From Amoebidium appalachense (Eukaryota; Protista; Ichthyosporea), in the NCBI GenBank assembly GCA_963693365.1, contig CAVNZM010000005.1:3244202-3308201 (forward strand): DNA of 64,000 nucleotides, written 5' to 3'. The position numbers and the translations under genes were made by a program. The notes below the pieces were generated by a model. The model was given only the letters and a program-made list of their open reading frames with translations, was not told where the DNA came from and ran no database searches. This document shows positions 39,918 to 55,900 of the stretch, piece after piece. Within the stretch, counting starts at the first letter, position 1, and each line of letters opens with the position of its first letter.

Positions 39918-40866
39918 TGAAAGAATGTGTGGAATGTATGGTATTTGCTGAATACTAAAATGATGAAAGAGTGCTGGTGAAAGGGTTTATCCTTTGTTGC
40001 CCGGTGTTTTTTTTTATTGTAGATAAGCCTTGTTTGTGTTGTTGTTGGTGCTTCTGAAATCACTGGATATTTTTGAAGTTTCATAAGATGTTGTAGGTGC
40101 ATTCGATCCCTAAAACTTTTTGATATGCCCCGAATATCTGACGTGTCCGTAAAGAAATTCACCTTAAACGGAAATTGTTGAGTTTTCAGTAGAAAAGGGC
40201 TGAGATGTTTTTTCGCCCAATGGGGATTAACTTTTCCTGGGTTTGTTTGGTCTTTTTGTGCTTTTTTAAATCCATATCCACCCTTTTTGGTGCTGGCTGC
40301 GTGTCAACAAGACGCCCATGTATGTTTTTGGTGGGTGTTGCAGCAGCAAAGACCAACTGTTTGATACCTATATTGTATTAGCGGTCGACCGTTAAGATGG
40401 CCGGTTATAATTCTTATCGTTTTTTTGCGATCTCACTTTGTACTTTTGTATTTTTGTGCTCCTTTCTCATAGGGAGCAATATCTGTTTACTTGATACACC
40501 CCTTTTTTGCGTGTTCGTGTGTTGGCATAACACAAATTCGCCCTCAGTTCAACCGAAAGAATAAACACCGATATCATGATGCTGTCATACTCTTGCTAAG
40601 CAAGTGGTGTACATGAACAGAGTCACCAGCCATGCATGCGGGGGTTGGCCAGCCAAACGCTGAACCCCCGGCTGATATTATAGAGTCAGATAAACAGGCT
40701 GAAGAAATTGGAGAAATATCACGTGAACATGGTCCTATACTCGTATCACAGTTAAGGTGTGGGAGGATATATGTACAGGTAACGCTGATTCGAAATGTCT
40801 CAATCCCCCCACGATCGGCACTACATATAGAAATCCCCCCTCCCTCCCCCAGGCCCATAACCACCA

Positions 40867-41049
40867 CCATACACGCACACAGCCACGGTCAGGTACACAC
40901 ACCTTAACACACGTGTGCACACGTGTATCCATATACGCACACAGCCACGGCCAGGTACACACACCTTAACACACGTGTGCACACGTGTATCCATACACGC
41001 ACACAGCCACGGTCAGGTACACACACCTTAACACACGTGTGCACACGTG
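40867..41049. repeat. 62-bp minisatellite x3
   Basis: CCATACACGCACACAGCCACGGTCAGGTACACACACCTTAACACACGTGTGCACACGTGTAT starts at 40867, 40929 and 40991. Confidence 0.92.
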
Positions 41050-41946
41050 CACGTACTAGTACACCCACGTGTCTACATGCCATTCGGACCATATCCCCAA
41101 TGGTCTGAGGCCACTCTCGAGTTACATCTTTGGCCCACCCTCATGCGCATGATGTGGCATCCTTTCTGGGTTACCAATTAATGGTGTGCTCAGCCAATCA
41201 GAATGCGCCTGCATTAATATTCTGACGACATTTTGTAGGCGATTGGATAAAGTTTTGTGGCGAAGGGGGGGGGGGGGGGGGGGGGGGGAAGAGAGGGGCC
41301 TGGTGGGAGGGGGGGGGGGGGGGGGGGGGGATATTATAGGACTTTTTGCGGGAAGTTGCCAAGGCGGATCTACAGACTCTCTACATGAAGTGTTTGCAGG
41401 AGTCCCTGGGTAAAGATATCCGTTCCTGATTTTCACTCGCACGAACCTCCCCCCCCCCCCCCCCCCCCCCTCCTCCCCTCCCCCCCTCATCTTGCCTGGG
41501 CCCCCCATCCCCCCCATCCCCCCCCCCCCCCCCAAAAAAAAACAAACAAACAAAAAACACACCCAAACCATAAACTACTATCCCCTCCCCCCAACCCCCT
41601 TCCTCCCCCTCCCCCCCCCCCCCCCCCTCCCAACGCGCCCCGTCCCCGCCCCCCCCCCCCCTCTCGCCCCCAACAGGGGTCCCCCCACCGTTCAGCATAA
41701 GCCAATTAACCGCCCCATCACATGCATATCGACACAACCAGACACACAGCTAAAAACACACACGAGGCATGGGAGCACACACATATACACACTTATATTC
41801 TGCTGAAACTGTTACAATGACTGATCATTTCCGCGGCTTTTTTTCTACCTGAAAGTTTAAACGGTGTGTGCGAATTTGCATCTGTTTCGGTGTGACCAGC
41901 CAACCGTAGGCTAGATTGCATACTTGGCAATCGGTGGCGCCCGTGT

Positions 41947-41986
<40 letters not shown>

Positions 41987-42367
41987 GAGAGATAGAGAGA
42001 GAGGGGGGGGGGGGGGAGAGGGGAAGACGGGGGCATCTGAGAAAGGAGTGAGGGGTTGGTGGTGGGGAGGGGGGGAATGGGTGTCCTTGGAGGCATGAAG
42101 GAAGCTAAACAATAGCAAGCGCAGGCCCCTAAAGGAGAGAATGGGCCGGTGAGTGCTGAGGGTAGGGGTGGGTTAGGTTGGGGTGGGTAAGCGTTGTGGC
42201 GATGGTGGTGGTGGTGGTGGGTGGTGGGTGGGGTAGTGGGAGGGTGGAGTGCCATATGGGAGAGGGGAATGGTTGAATTAAATGTGAATGGTTAACCATT
42301 GCAAAGCGGTCCAAGCAGGGAGCAGGGGGTAAGTTAGTGCGTGTGTGTGTGTGCGCGCGCATGTGTC

Positions 42368-42442
<75 letters not shown>

Positions 42443-42550
42443 TTCTGCCTGTGTGTGTCTGTGCGTGTGTGGGGTTGGGGGGGGGGGGGTGGGGGGGTGC
42501 ATGGGTATGTGCGGTGGGTGTGGGTGTGTTGGACGGGTTCGTGTGTCATG

Positions 42551-42592
<42 letters not shown>

Positions 42593-44170
42593 TTTTTGGA
42601 GGGGGGGGGGAGGGGGAGGAGGGGGTGGGGGTGGGCAAGAGACGAGATGTTTTGTGTAGGCCATGTTATGATTGGGGGGAGGCAACAGGGTTACAAAAGA
42701 TGTGAGACACCGAAGTTTGTGTCCATGTGGGATTGATAGCTTCCCTAGCCGTCCCTCTGGTCTCGCCTTTTCTATCATAAGCTTTGAAAGCAGCACTCGA
42801 TGCCCACTTTTCTCTCGGAGAATGAGGCGCTCTCACATGTCGTTTTCTTTCCCCCCTGTATATCTCTTGCCACCCCCTCCCTCCCCCCCCGCCCCCTCCC
42901 CTTTACCCCCCTTCTCCATCTTTATTGAACTCAAAGAGGAGCTTCCCCCCCCCCCCCCCCCCCCTTTTCCCCCGCCCCCCTCCCTCGGAGCCACGTGTGG
43001 AACTTCGGGCCAAGAAGAGAAACAGGGGGAAAAAAAGAAAGAAACAAATGGGGAAAGCTTAAATTTCTGGATGGTTGGAAAAAATAAACTTGGCCTACTC
43101 TGTCGCCCGCCATCTCCCCCAAAACGTTTGCAACCCTTGATTAAATTTAGCAGCCGGGTTATGCGAGGTTTATGGCATGTGATAGTCATTCATTCGTCCA
43201 ACTTACATACGCGCTATCCCCCCCTTTCCGCCCCCGCCCCCTCCCACCCCCCCCCCCCCCCCCCCACACACACACACAGGCATTCACACTACCACCACCA
43301 CCACTACCCGGGGGCGGCGGGGGAGGGGGAGGGGGGGGGGGGATGAAGGAAAGAAGGGCTGTAAGTGTAGGGAAAACAGTTCGGTGATGTTTGCACCTAA
43401 TAGTATTCCGATAGGTTACTGTATCCCTGGTTTCTTTTTAGTATTTCAAAGTTTCCCTAGTTTTTTTTCTTTCTCCCCATTACATGCATACGAGATCAAT
43501 ACCAGCCCCCCCTCCCGGCCCCCCCCCCCCCCCCCCCCCCCTTGGCCTCCCCCTCCCTCCCCCCTCCCCCCACCTCCCCCCGTCCCCCCCCCCCCCCTCC
43601 CGCCCGCAACCCATCTCCCTCCCTTATTCCTTCCTTCCCCCCCCCCCCCCCCACACACACACACACACACACACAGACACACACACACCCTCCCTATCCT
43701 TCTATCCCCCCCTACTCCCCTGCTCCCGTCTCCGCACCAGACACACACACTAAACAAACACAACCTCACACCAACGTGAATACTAATACACACATTCAGT
43801 CACACAGTGTTATACTTACACAGTTTTAGTAACACACATATACACACACACACACACATACATGCACACACACACACACACACACATACACACGCACGCA
43901 CACACACACACGCGCACACACACAGTGTCACACTGTGTAACACACGCACACACACACACACACATGCTTTACGTGAGTGACACGGTGACCGTCCTTGCCA
44001 CATGATGCGCGTGACACACACACGGGACATGCAGACACAAACAACACATGCACATACAGTCACACGGTCAGTGAGATGATATAACGATACGAGGGTAGCC
44101 CGCAATGCATATGCGTGGCGGTTCAACAGGGAGATACATGCATTTTCTACTGTACACGGTACATAGATTA

Positions 44171-44218
<48 letters not shown>

Positions 44219-45927
44219 CCCCCCCCTCCCCCCGCCCCCCCCAAAAGAAGAAAAAAAAAAAAAAAAAAACTCCGCCCCCACTCCTCAAATACGCCTACCA
44301 GTACGCATACGTATACCAGTGACTGAGGTCCCTCCAGCGGCCCTACTTGCACCCCCCTTGCCCTCCGCGCCCCCACTTGCACCCCAGGGCTCTTAAAGCC
44401 CATTAGCTTCCCCCTTCTATATACTAACCAATGAATGGCATCTCGAACTTTGCACATACTTAATTATTATTATTGCAAATCATGTACATTATTGTACATT
44501 ATAATTACTTGTAGCACGTACAAAGACCACTCACGCCATACAAAACCCAACAAACACTCGTTTTCTCTTTAATTAACATGTCGCACTGTACAGCACTTTC
44601 CGCCAAGCACACCTTGATGTGACATGTAGAATACGAAACCTACAAAAATAGATGACAGATGTGTGTACATGTGCATGGACGATCGTCAGAATTCGCACAG
44701 CAGTGCAAAACAGGAGGATTCCAAGGGCTTAATAAAGCAAGCTCTGTGGGCTTGATCACCTATGCAAACCGATAACAGAATTATCGGAATATAATCATAA
44801 TAAACAGTCATCACACCACCCGTGAGAGCTCCGCCTGAGGCGTTCATGGTAAGATATGTATACGTATGACAACTTGTGGTGATTCATCAACTTGCAGAGT
44901 GTATGTTTTATGCGTATACGTATATCGGAAAAGAATATTTTTCTTCCTGTTTAAATTTTTGTTGCTCCACAGCCAATTGCACTTAGCATAGCACTGGCCT
45001 TAGGCGCATTGCTACTTTACGGTTTCGCACCTTGTCAATTCAGGCATCGATTTGTCCCAGTCCACTTGAACAGGATCTACTTTGGATCTACTACGTGATT
45101 TTGGAATACAGCTATTGGTGGATCTAGAAACCCAATTGCCAATCAACTGGCGCTAGCCTTATCATTGGATTCCTGGAGATTTGGTCTCCCAGGCAGCAGC
45201 GCTCAGCTGCACTCTCACGGTCTCACAACCGGGTGTAGTGTAGGCTACTGTAGCACTGTGACAGCACTAAAGCACTCGCCACACTTAAATTCGCGCAAAC
45301 AGCCAGCAGTGCAGTTTGATCATGAGCTTAAAAAGAATGGCATCTATTTCTTTTGATTTTTTTTTTTAGGATAAAGAGGACGTGGGAAAAAATGCGAGAC
45401 TCCGTATATTACTAGCTTTGGAAAAAATTGTGCATGCTATGATGCGATGCATGCATGTCGCATAAGTCATTCTACGTGACAAATGCATGCATGCAGTGAT
45501 GATGTACATGTGCACATGCCATGTGCTTTAGAAACTGTCCAACTGATCTGTTAACCACGCGGCTGCCTAAAATAAAAGTAGACTTTGACAAATGTGCATG
45601 TGCCTGTCTGTGACTTGAAAGCACGTGACTGTGCTGCAGCTGCGTATATGAGTATATATGGCAATAACGTTCATCACGTCCGGTAAGTTAATACATCACA
45701 AAGATGTATAAAAGTATATATGTGTGACACATGTATGTGCCTGAAAATGCACCTGCAGGTGTGCTTAAGTGCTGGCAACGTTAACAACAAATCACGTACA
45801 CGTATGCTTTGCATCGCTATTGTACATGTGCCGGACGCTCATCGATTCATGACAAGTGCACTTTTAGTTGGCGGAGGGGAGAGGGGGGGGAGGGGGGAGG
45901 AAAGAGAGAGGGGGGGGGGGGGGGGGG

Positions 45928-46082
<155 letters not shown>

Positions 46083-46177
46083 AGGGGAGAGAGAGAGAGA
46101 TAGAGAGAGAGAGGGAGGGAGGGAGGGAGGGAGGGAGGGAGGGAGGGAGGGAGGGAGAGAGAGAGGGGGAGAGAGGG

Positions 46178-46255
<78 letters not shown>

Positions 46256-46796
46256 AGACAGAGAGGAGAAGTGGGGAGCCCCGTGGGAGGGATGATGATG
46301 GTACTCCTCCACTGGTATACTACGTAGCTAACTGTACGAGTATGATTCATTACAATAATTCTTCTGATACTTCTGTGCAGGTGTAACAAAGGTGCAGCAG
46401 TTGCTTGAGTCACCGTGGTGTGCCGTGTAATGTAGCGAGCTCTATGGCACCCTTTGACGAGATGCCTCAAAGTATTTCAAACCTGTCATAATTCGAAAGC
46501 AGAATGTGCACGCGCAATTTGCTCACAGTCTTACAGTATTTACATTCTGAGAAATATACGCGTACAACACATTCTGAGAGATATACGCGTATGTAGACAC
46601 GTACAACATGATGTACACGTGCCAGGTATTGCGCGTCAGGCTGAAGGGCTCATTCGGACAGCACCAACGTCAAACTCCCATGACCCGGAATCCCATGCTG
46701 ATAGCCACAAGCTGGGATATGCATTGATTCACGTGATGATATGGACGCCATGTGGTCGCACATTAGTCTACATGTATCACCAGCTGAGGGTAAAGG

Positions 46797-46804
46797 TATA
46801 AAAG
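46797..46804 (+). promoter_or_regulatory. TATA box of the giant mucin-like gene
   Basis: TATAAAAG ~150 bp upstream of ATG 46951. Confidence 0.5.
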
Positions 46805-46950
46805 GATGCAACACGCAGCAGAAAGGACACAGCTAACTGCCGGGATCGTAGCAAAGAGTCTCCCTTAATATTGCTGTGTGTAACGGCTTTCAGCGTAATA
46901 ATACTTTCACTTGTTGGCTGCCAAGGCCGACCAATTGCCCAGTGTGTAGA

Positions 46951-49900
46951 ATGGCTGGCAAAGGTGTCGCCGCCCTTCTGTCGGCGCTTCATTGGGGTAA
47001 GTTATGCACGCATAGCGAGCCTCTGCAACTGACGGAGCAATAAGCAGGATCTTGAAACACTGCATTACACTTCTGTTTTTTTTAGAGAATAAAAGTATGA
47101 GCGAGCAAGTGCGGCTGCTTGTGTTAACATAGTTTTCCGTGGATTTTAAAGTTTGCCGGTTGAGAAGGGGGAAAAGGGGTTGAGGGGACTAAACGGGATG
47201 ATGTGCAAACTGTATGTGGGTGACTTTAAAGGGTAATGATAGCAATTACCAGTAGAAAAACCTGCAAAAGGAAACAAGTATAGTGTACTATAAGATCATA
47301 TGCACGGCTCTGCTTTGTTTCATGTCTCCCCCCCTCCCCCCCCCCCCCCCCCCTGGCTCCTCGGTGTAGAAATATTGGGCTTTTCTCCCCCAACGTCTAG
47401 AGTGTATATACATATGGGAACATCTATAGCTGTTGAACCTGAAACGGGTAGAAAGAAGGTGAACCGTTCTCTTTTTGATTGTTTTGTGTGTGTGACACTG
47501 TGTGCGCGCACATGTGAGTAGCGGAGGAGAAATATGTGCGGGGGAGTGGAGGGGGGGAGGGGGGTGTAGTGGATCGACGTGTGCATGTGTGCAGGCGGCG
47601 GGTGAAGAGGGAAAGTGTGCTTGTACTAAACATAAGTCTTACAGCTCATAACGGGCAACAAAAGTGCTTGCAAGGATGATCAATTTGTGTATCGCTTATA
47701 TTTTTAGCTGCATGCATCATGATGTTTTGAGCGTCGGGTGCCGTGTCATGAACAAAGAGGGGGAAGCGTGGTGTGGTGGTGCTGGGGGGGGGGGCAAGGG
47801 GGGAGGGGGGATGGGGGGGGAAAAGGGAGGTCTTGGGGTAAGCATTGACTTTTGGTTTACAAGAGACAAGGGAACGGGAAGGTTTTGGGGGGAGGAGTGG
47901 TGGGGGGATTGGGGGGGGGGGAGGGGGGAGAGGAGTGATGGGGGGAGTGGGGGGGGGAGGGGGGGGAGAGGAGGGGGAAGAGGGGGGGGGGGGGGGGGGG
48001 GGTACCGGTACCGGTGGGGGGGAGGCTGGGGAGGAGAACTATGATGCTGGAGCAGGAAATTAAGGAAAAAGCACATTCCAAAAGGTGGTTTAGAGGAATT
48101 TGTGCTTGTTTAAAATTTACTAGGCAAAATATGTGCAGCACATTATTCTTTATGCGCTTCTCTTGTTGCATTATGGAATGCGCCTAAATCAAAACCCCTC
48201 TCCCGCCTTCCCCCCCCCCCCCCCCCCCCCCGCTCCCTCCAAAAAACCCTCTTCTCTCCTGGCCACCACCAACAACACCCTCGTACTAAATATAGATACC
48301 CCCCCCCCCCCCCCCCCCTCCCCAGCGGGCACGCACACGCATGCACACACTCACGCACACACACCTGCGCGGCTGCGTGCACACGCTCACGCACCAACAC
48401 GCACACACACACCTCGCAAGTGTGCGCACACAGACACACAACCACACACACACAAACACACAGATTGTATGTGGGGCAAACTTTGAACCCCCAACGACCC
48501 ATACACACCGACGTGCATACACCAATGCGTCCAAGTGCCCCTTCGAATTCCAACCAACTCTAATACACTCACACATAAATACTAACTATACAATACACAA
48601 CCCACTTGATATGCAGCCGCCGTTTTAGGCAACCCAGTGTTACGCGGTGCGGGCTACTACCCGCCCGAATGCACCACTACGACCGATTACTGTGCGCTCT
48701 ATGGGAAGAGTAACCCCGCAGGCACCGTCTCGGTAACCGTTAGCGGCACACAGGCAATCGTCTCTCTCGATACGGCCAAGGCTGTTGGTGGATATGGACC
48801 AATCGGAATCGTCGATTATCACGTGGCTCTTGCATGCGACCTGACGGGAATTCCCAGGACCTTTTTCGGCCAGCCAATCCCTGAGGAGTTTGCCAATTGC
48901 GGCGGTTACCAGTATCCCAGCTGTGTGGGGGCCCAGACCTCAGTTGGTGGTGCTACAAAGGCAAGAGTCGCCATGGATATCTCCTCCCTCGAATGCACAA
49001 ATGCGGTTGTGGTTGCGCATTTCACACTTGAAAACGGAGAGACAGGGTATGGTTGCGGGCAGTGTTTGAGTAATAGCGTATTCGGTTACTGCAAGTACAA
49101 GTTTCTGTCTCCCACATGGGCATACTACATTCCTGTGTCGTTGAACAGCAAGTGTGTTACAACAACAACCGGCTACCCGACTAAAACCACTACCACCACG
49201 ACCGGCTACCCGACTAAAACCACTACCACCACGACCGGCTACCCGACTAAAACCACTACCACCACCACCGGCTACCCGACTAAAACCACAACCACCACCA
49301 CACTAAAGCCAAAAACCACCACAACGAAGACTACCACAACCACCACCAAGCCCACCACCACAACGAAGACCACCACCACCACCACCAAGTCTACTACCAC
49401 AACGACGACCACCACCAAGCCAACCACAACGAAGACCACCACCACCACCAAGCCAACCACAACCACAAAGACAACCACCACCAAGCCTACAACCACCTCC
49501 GGCTACCCGACGAAAACCCCTACCACCACCACCGGCTACCCGACGAAAACCACTACCACCACCACCGGCTACCCGACGAAAACCACTACCACCACCACCG
49601 GCTACCCGACGAAAACCCCTACCACCACCACCGGCTACCCCACTAAAACCACAACCACCACCACACCCAAGACCACAACCAAGCCTACCACTACCACCAC
49701 GACAACTAAGCAAACAACCACCACAACGAAGACTACCACAACCACCACCAAGCCAACCACCACCAAGCCAACCACCACCACGACAACTAAGCCAACAACC
49801 ACCACAACGAAGACTACCACAACCACCACCAAGCCAACCACCACAACGAAGACCACCACCACCACCACCAAGCCTACAACCACCACCACAACCACCAAAC

Positions 49901-52900
49901 CCTACCCCACTACCACCACCAGCAAAACCACCACCACCACGACCAAGCCAACCACGACGCCGAAGACCACCACAACTACCACCACCAAGTCTACTACTAC
50001 AACAAAGACCACCACCACTAAGCCGACAACTACCACCACCACAAAGCCTACCACTACAAAGACCACCACCACTAAGCCGACAATTACCACCACCACCAAG
50101 CCTACCACTACAACGAAGGCCACAACCACAAGCACAAAGTCAACCACCACCAAGCCAACAACCACCACGAAGACCACCACAACCACCACCAAGCCAACAA
50201 CCACCACGCCAACAACCACCACGAAGACTACCACCACCACGACCAAGTCTACTACCACAACAAAGACCACCACCACCACCAAACCATCCACCACAACCAA
50301 GACGACCACCACCACCACCAAGCCAACCACCACCACGAGGACTACCACCACCACCACCAAGCCAACCACCACGACCAAGACGACCACCACCACCACCAAG
50401 CCAACCACCACGACCAAGACGACCACCACCACCACCAAGCCAACCACCACGACCAAGACGACCACCACCACCACCAAGCCTATTACCACCACCACAACCA
50501 AGCCAACAACCACCACAACGAAAACCACCACAACCACCACCAAGCCAACCACCACCACGAAGACTACCACCACCACCACCAAGTCTACTACCACAACCAA
50601 GGCCACAACCACCACCAAACCAACCACTACCACCACAACCAAGACCACCACCACGACGACTAAGCCAACATCCACCACCACGAAGACTACCACTACCACC
50701 ACCAAGTCTACAACCACAACGAAGACCACCACCACCACCAAACCAACCTCCACCACCACAACCAAGACGACCAGCACCACCACCAAGCCTACAACCACCA
50801 CTACAACCAAGCCAACAACCACCACAACGAAGACCACCACAACCACCACCAAGCCAACCACCACCACCAAGACTACCACAACCACCACCAAGTCTACTAC
50901 AACAACAAAGACCACCACCACCACCAAGACCACCACCACCACCACCAAACCAACAACCACCACCACAACTACCAAAACCTACCCCACTACCACCACCACC
51001 AAGACCACCACCACCACGACAAAGCCAACCACGACGACGAAGACCACCACAACCACCACCATCAAGTCTACTACTACAACAAAGACCACCACCACTAAGC
51101 CGACAACTACCACCACCACCAAGCCTACCACCACAACGAGGACCGCCACCACAACCACAAACACAACGACCACCACGCCAACCACCACAACGAAGACCAC
51201 CACAACCACCACCAAGCCAACCACCACCACGAAGACTACCACCACCACCACCAAGTCTACTACCACAACCAAGACCACCACCACCACCAAACCAACCACC
51301 ACAACCAAGACGACCACGACCAACACCACGCCTACTACCACCATTACAACCAAGCCAACAACCACCACCAAGAAGTCTACCACCACCACCACCAAGTCTA
51401 CTACCACAACCAAGACCACCACCACCACCAAACCATCCACAACCACCACAACCAAGACCACCACCACCACCACTAAGCCGACCACCACCACCACCAAGCC
51501 TACCACTACCACCACGACCACTAAGCCAACAACCACCACCACGAAGACTACCACCACCACCACCAAGTCTACTACCACAACAAAGACCACAACCACCACC
51601 AAGCCAACCACCACCACCACCACCAAGCCTACAACCACCACTACAACCAAGCCAACAACCACCACAACGAAGATCACCACAACCACCACCAAGCCAACCA
51701 CCACCACGAAGACTACCACAACCACCAAGAAGACTACCACCACCACCACCAAGTCTACTACCACAACCAAGACCACCACTACCACCAAACCATCCACAAC
51801 CACCACAACCAAGACCACCACCACCACTAAGCCGACCACTACCACCACGACGACTAAGCCAACAACCACCACCACGAAGACTACCACCACCACCACCACC
51901 AAGCCAACCACCACAACGAAGACCACCACCACCAAGCCAACCACCACCACTACAACCAAGCCGACCACCACCACTACAACCAAGCCAACCACCACCACAA
52001 CGAAGACCACCACAACCACCACCAAGCCAACCACAACCAAGCCAACTACCACCACAACCAAGACCACCACCACCACCAAACCATCCACAACCACCACAAC
52101 CAAGACCACCACCACCACCACTAAGCCGACCACTACCACCACGACGACTAAGCCAACAACCACCACCACGAAGACTACCACCACCACCACCAAGTCTACT
52201 ACCACAACGAAGACCACCACCACCACCAAGCCTACAACCACCACTAAACCAACCACTACCACGAAGACTACCACCACCACCACCAAAACCTACCCCACTA
52301 CCACCACCACCAAGACCACCACCACCACGACAAAGCCAACCACAACGACGAAGACCACCACAACCACCACCACCAAGTCTACTACTACAACAAAGACCAC
52401 CACCACAAAGCCGACAACTACCACCACCACGAAGCCAACCACCACAACGAGGACCACCACCACAACCACAAAGACAACGACCACCACGCCAACCACCACA
52501 ACGAAGACCACCACAACCACCACCAAGCCAACCACCACCACAAAGACTACCACCACCACCACCAAGTCTACTACCACAACCAAGACCACCACCACCACCA
52601 AACCAACCACCACAACCAAGACGACCACGACCACCACCAAGCCAACTATTACCACCACAACCAAGCCAACAACCACCACAACAAAGACCACCACAACCAC
52701 CACCAAGAAGACTACCACCACCACCACCAAGTCTACTACGACTTCCAAGACCACCACCACCACCAAACCATCCACAACCACCACAACCAAGACCACCACC
52801 ACCACCACTAAGCCGACCACTACCACCACAACCAAGACCACCACCACCACCACCAAGCCTACCACTACCACCACGACCACTAAGCTAACAACCACCACCA

Positions 52901-55900
52901 CGAAGACTACCACCACCACCACCAAGTCTACTACCAAACCAAAGACCACCACCACCACCAAGCCTACAACCACCACTAAACCAACCACTACCACGAAGAC
53001 TACCACCACCACCACCAAAACCTACCCCACTACCACCACCACCAAGACCACCACCACCACGACAAAGCCAACCACAACGACGAAGACCACCACAACCACC
53101 ACCACCAAGTCTACTACTACAACAAAGACCACCACCACTAAGCCGACAACTACCACCACCACTAAGCCAACCACCACAACGAGGACCACCACCACAACCA
53201 CAAAGACAACGACCACCACGCCAACCACCACAACGAAGACCACCACAACCACCACCAAGCCAACCACCACCACAAAGACTACCACCACCACCACCAAGTC
53301 TACTACCACAACCAAGACCACCACCACCACCAAACCAACCACCACAACCAAGACGACCACGACCACCACCAAGCCTACTACCACCACCACAACCAAGCCA
53401 ACAACCACCACAACAAAGACCACCACAACCACCACCAAGAAGACTACCACCACCACCACCACCAAGTCTACTACGACTTCCAAGACCACCACCACCACCA
53501 AACCATCCACAACCACAACAACCAAGACCACCACCACCACCACTAAGCCGACCACTACCACCACAACCAAGACCACCACCACCACCACCAAGCCTACCAC
53601 TACCACCACGACCACTAAGCCAACAACCACCACCACGAAGACTACCACCACCACCACCAAGTCTACTACCACACCAAAGACCACCACCACCACCAAGCCT
53701 ACAACCACCACTACAACCAAGCCAACAACCACCACAACGAAGACCACCACAACCACCACTAAGTCAACCACTACCACGAAGACTACCACCACCACCACCA
53801 AGCCTACTACCACAACCAAGACCACCACCACCACCACCAAGCCTACCACCACCACCACCACGACTAAGCCAATAACCACCACCACGACGACTAAGCCAAC
53901 AACCACCACCACGAAGACTACCACCACCACCACGACGACTAAGCCAACAACCACCACCACGAAGACTACTACCACCACCACCAAGACCACCACCACCACC
54001 AAGACCACCACCACCACCAAGCCAACCACCACCACCACTACCACCAAGTCTACTACTACCACCAAGCCAACCACCACCACCACCACCAAGCCAACCACCA
54101 CCACCACCACCAAGTCTACAACCACCACTACAACCAAGCCAACAACCACCACAACGAAGAGCACCACAACCACCACCAAGCCAACCACCACCACAAAGAC
54201 TACCACCACCACCACCACCAAGTCTACTACCACAACCAAGACCACCACCACTACCACCAAACCTACCACAACCACCACGACGACTAAGCCAACAACCACC
54301 ACCACGAAGACTACCACCACCACCACCACCACCACCAAGCCAACCACCACCACCACTACCACCAAGTCTACTACTACCACCAAGCCAACCACCACCACCA
54401 CCACCAAGCCAACCACCACCACCACCACCAAGTCTACAACCACCACTACAACCAAGCCAACAACCACCACAACGAAGACCACCACAACCACCACCAAACC
54501 AACCACCACCACAAAGACTACCACCACCACCACCACCAAGTCTACTACCACAACCAAGACCACCACCACTACCACCAAACCTACCACAACCACCACGACT
54601 AAGCCAATAACCACCACCACGACGACTAAGCCAACAACCACCACCACGAAGACTACCACCACCACCACGACGACTAAGACAACAACCACCACCACGAAGA
54701 CTACCACCACCACCACCAAGACCACCACCACCACCAAGACCACCACCACCACCAAGCCAACCACCACCACCACTACCACCAAGTCTACTACTACCACCAA
54801 GCCAACCACCACCACCACCACCAAGCCAACCACCACCACCACCACCAAGTCTACAACCACCACTACAACCAAGCCAACAACCACCACAAAGACTACCACC
54901 ACCACCACCACCAAGTCTACTACCACAACCAAGACCACCACCACTACCACCAAACCTACCACAACCACCACGACGACTAAGCCAACAACCACCACCACGA
55001 AGACTACCACCACCACCACCACCACCACCAAGCCAACCACCACCACCACTACCACCAAGTCTACTACTACCACCAAGCCAACCACCACCACCACCACCAA
55101 GCCAACCACCACCACCACCACCAAGTCTACAACCACCACTACAACCAAGCCAACAACCACCACAACGAAGACCACCACAACCACCACCAAGCCAACCACC
55201 ACCACAAAGACTACCACCACCACCACCACCAAGTCTACTACCACAACCAAGACCACCACCACTACCACCAAACCTACCACAACCACCACGACGACTAAGC
55301 CAACAACCACCACCACGAAGACTACCACCACCACCACCAAGTCTACTACCACAACGAAGACCACCACCACAACCAAGCCAACAACAACCACAAAGACCAC
55401 TACCACAACGACCTCCAAGCCAACCACCACAACAAAGACCACCGCCACAACCACCAAGTCTACTACCACATCAAAGACCACCACCACCACCAAACCAACC
55501 ACTACCACCACAACCAAGACCACCACCACCACCACCAAGCCAACCACTACCACCACCACGACTAAGCCAACAACCACCACCACCACGAAGACTACCACTA
55601 CCACCACCAAGTCTACTACCACAACGAAGACCACCACCACCACCACCAAGCCAACCACCACCACCACCACCAAGCCAACCACCACCACCACCAAGCCAAC
55701 CACCACCACCACAACCAAGCCAACAACCACCACGACAAAGACCACCACAACCACCACCAAACCAACCACCACCACAAAGACTACCACCACCACCAACAAG
55801 TCTACTACCACAACGAAGACCACCACCACCACCAAGCCAACCACCACCACCAAGACCACAACCACCACCACCACCACAACCAAAACCTACCCCACTACCA

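Noticed and set aside
40470-45360. Scattered complex islands (40470-40760, 41820-41940, 42650-43200, 44970-45350) as possible exons
   Set aside because: No consistent strand, phase or motif could be established.
48637-48639. GTG start of the 3983-aa ORF (also TTG starts at 25142, 38010, 38913 and 9508)
   Set aside because: Prokaryote-style start calls; splicing or downstream ATGs give coherent eukaryotic models.
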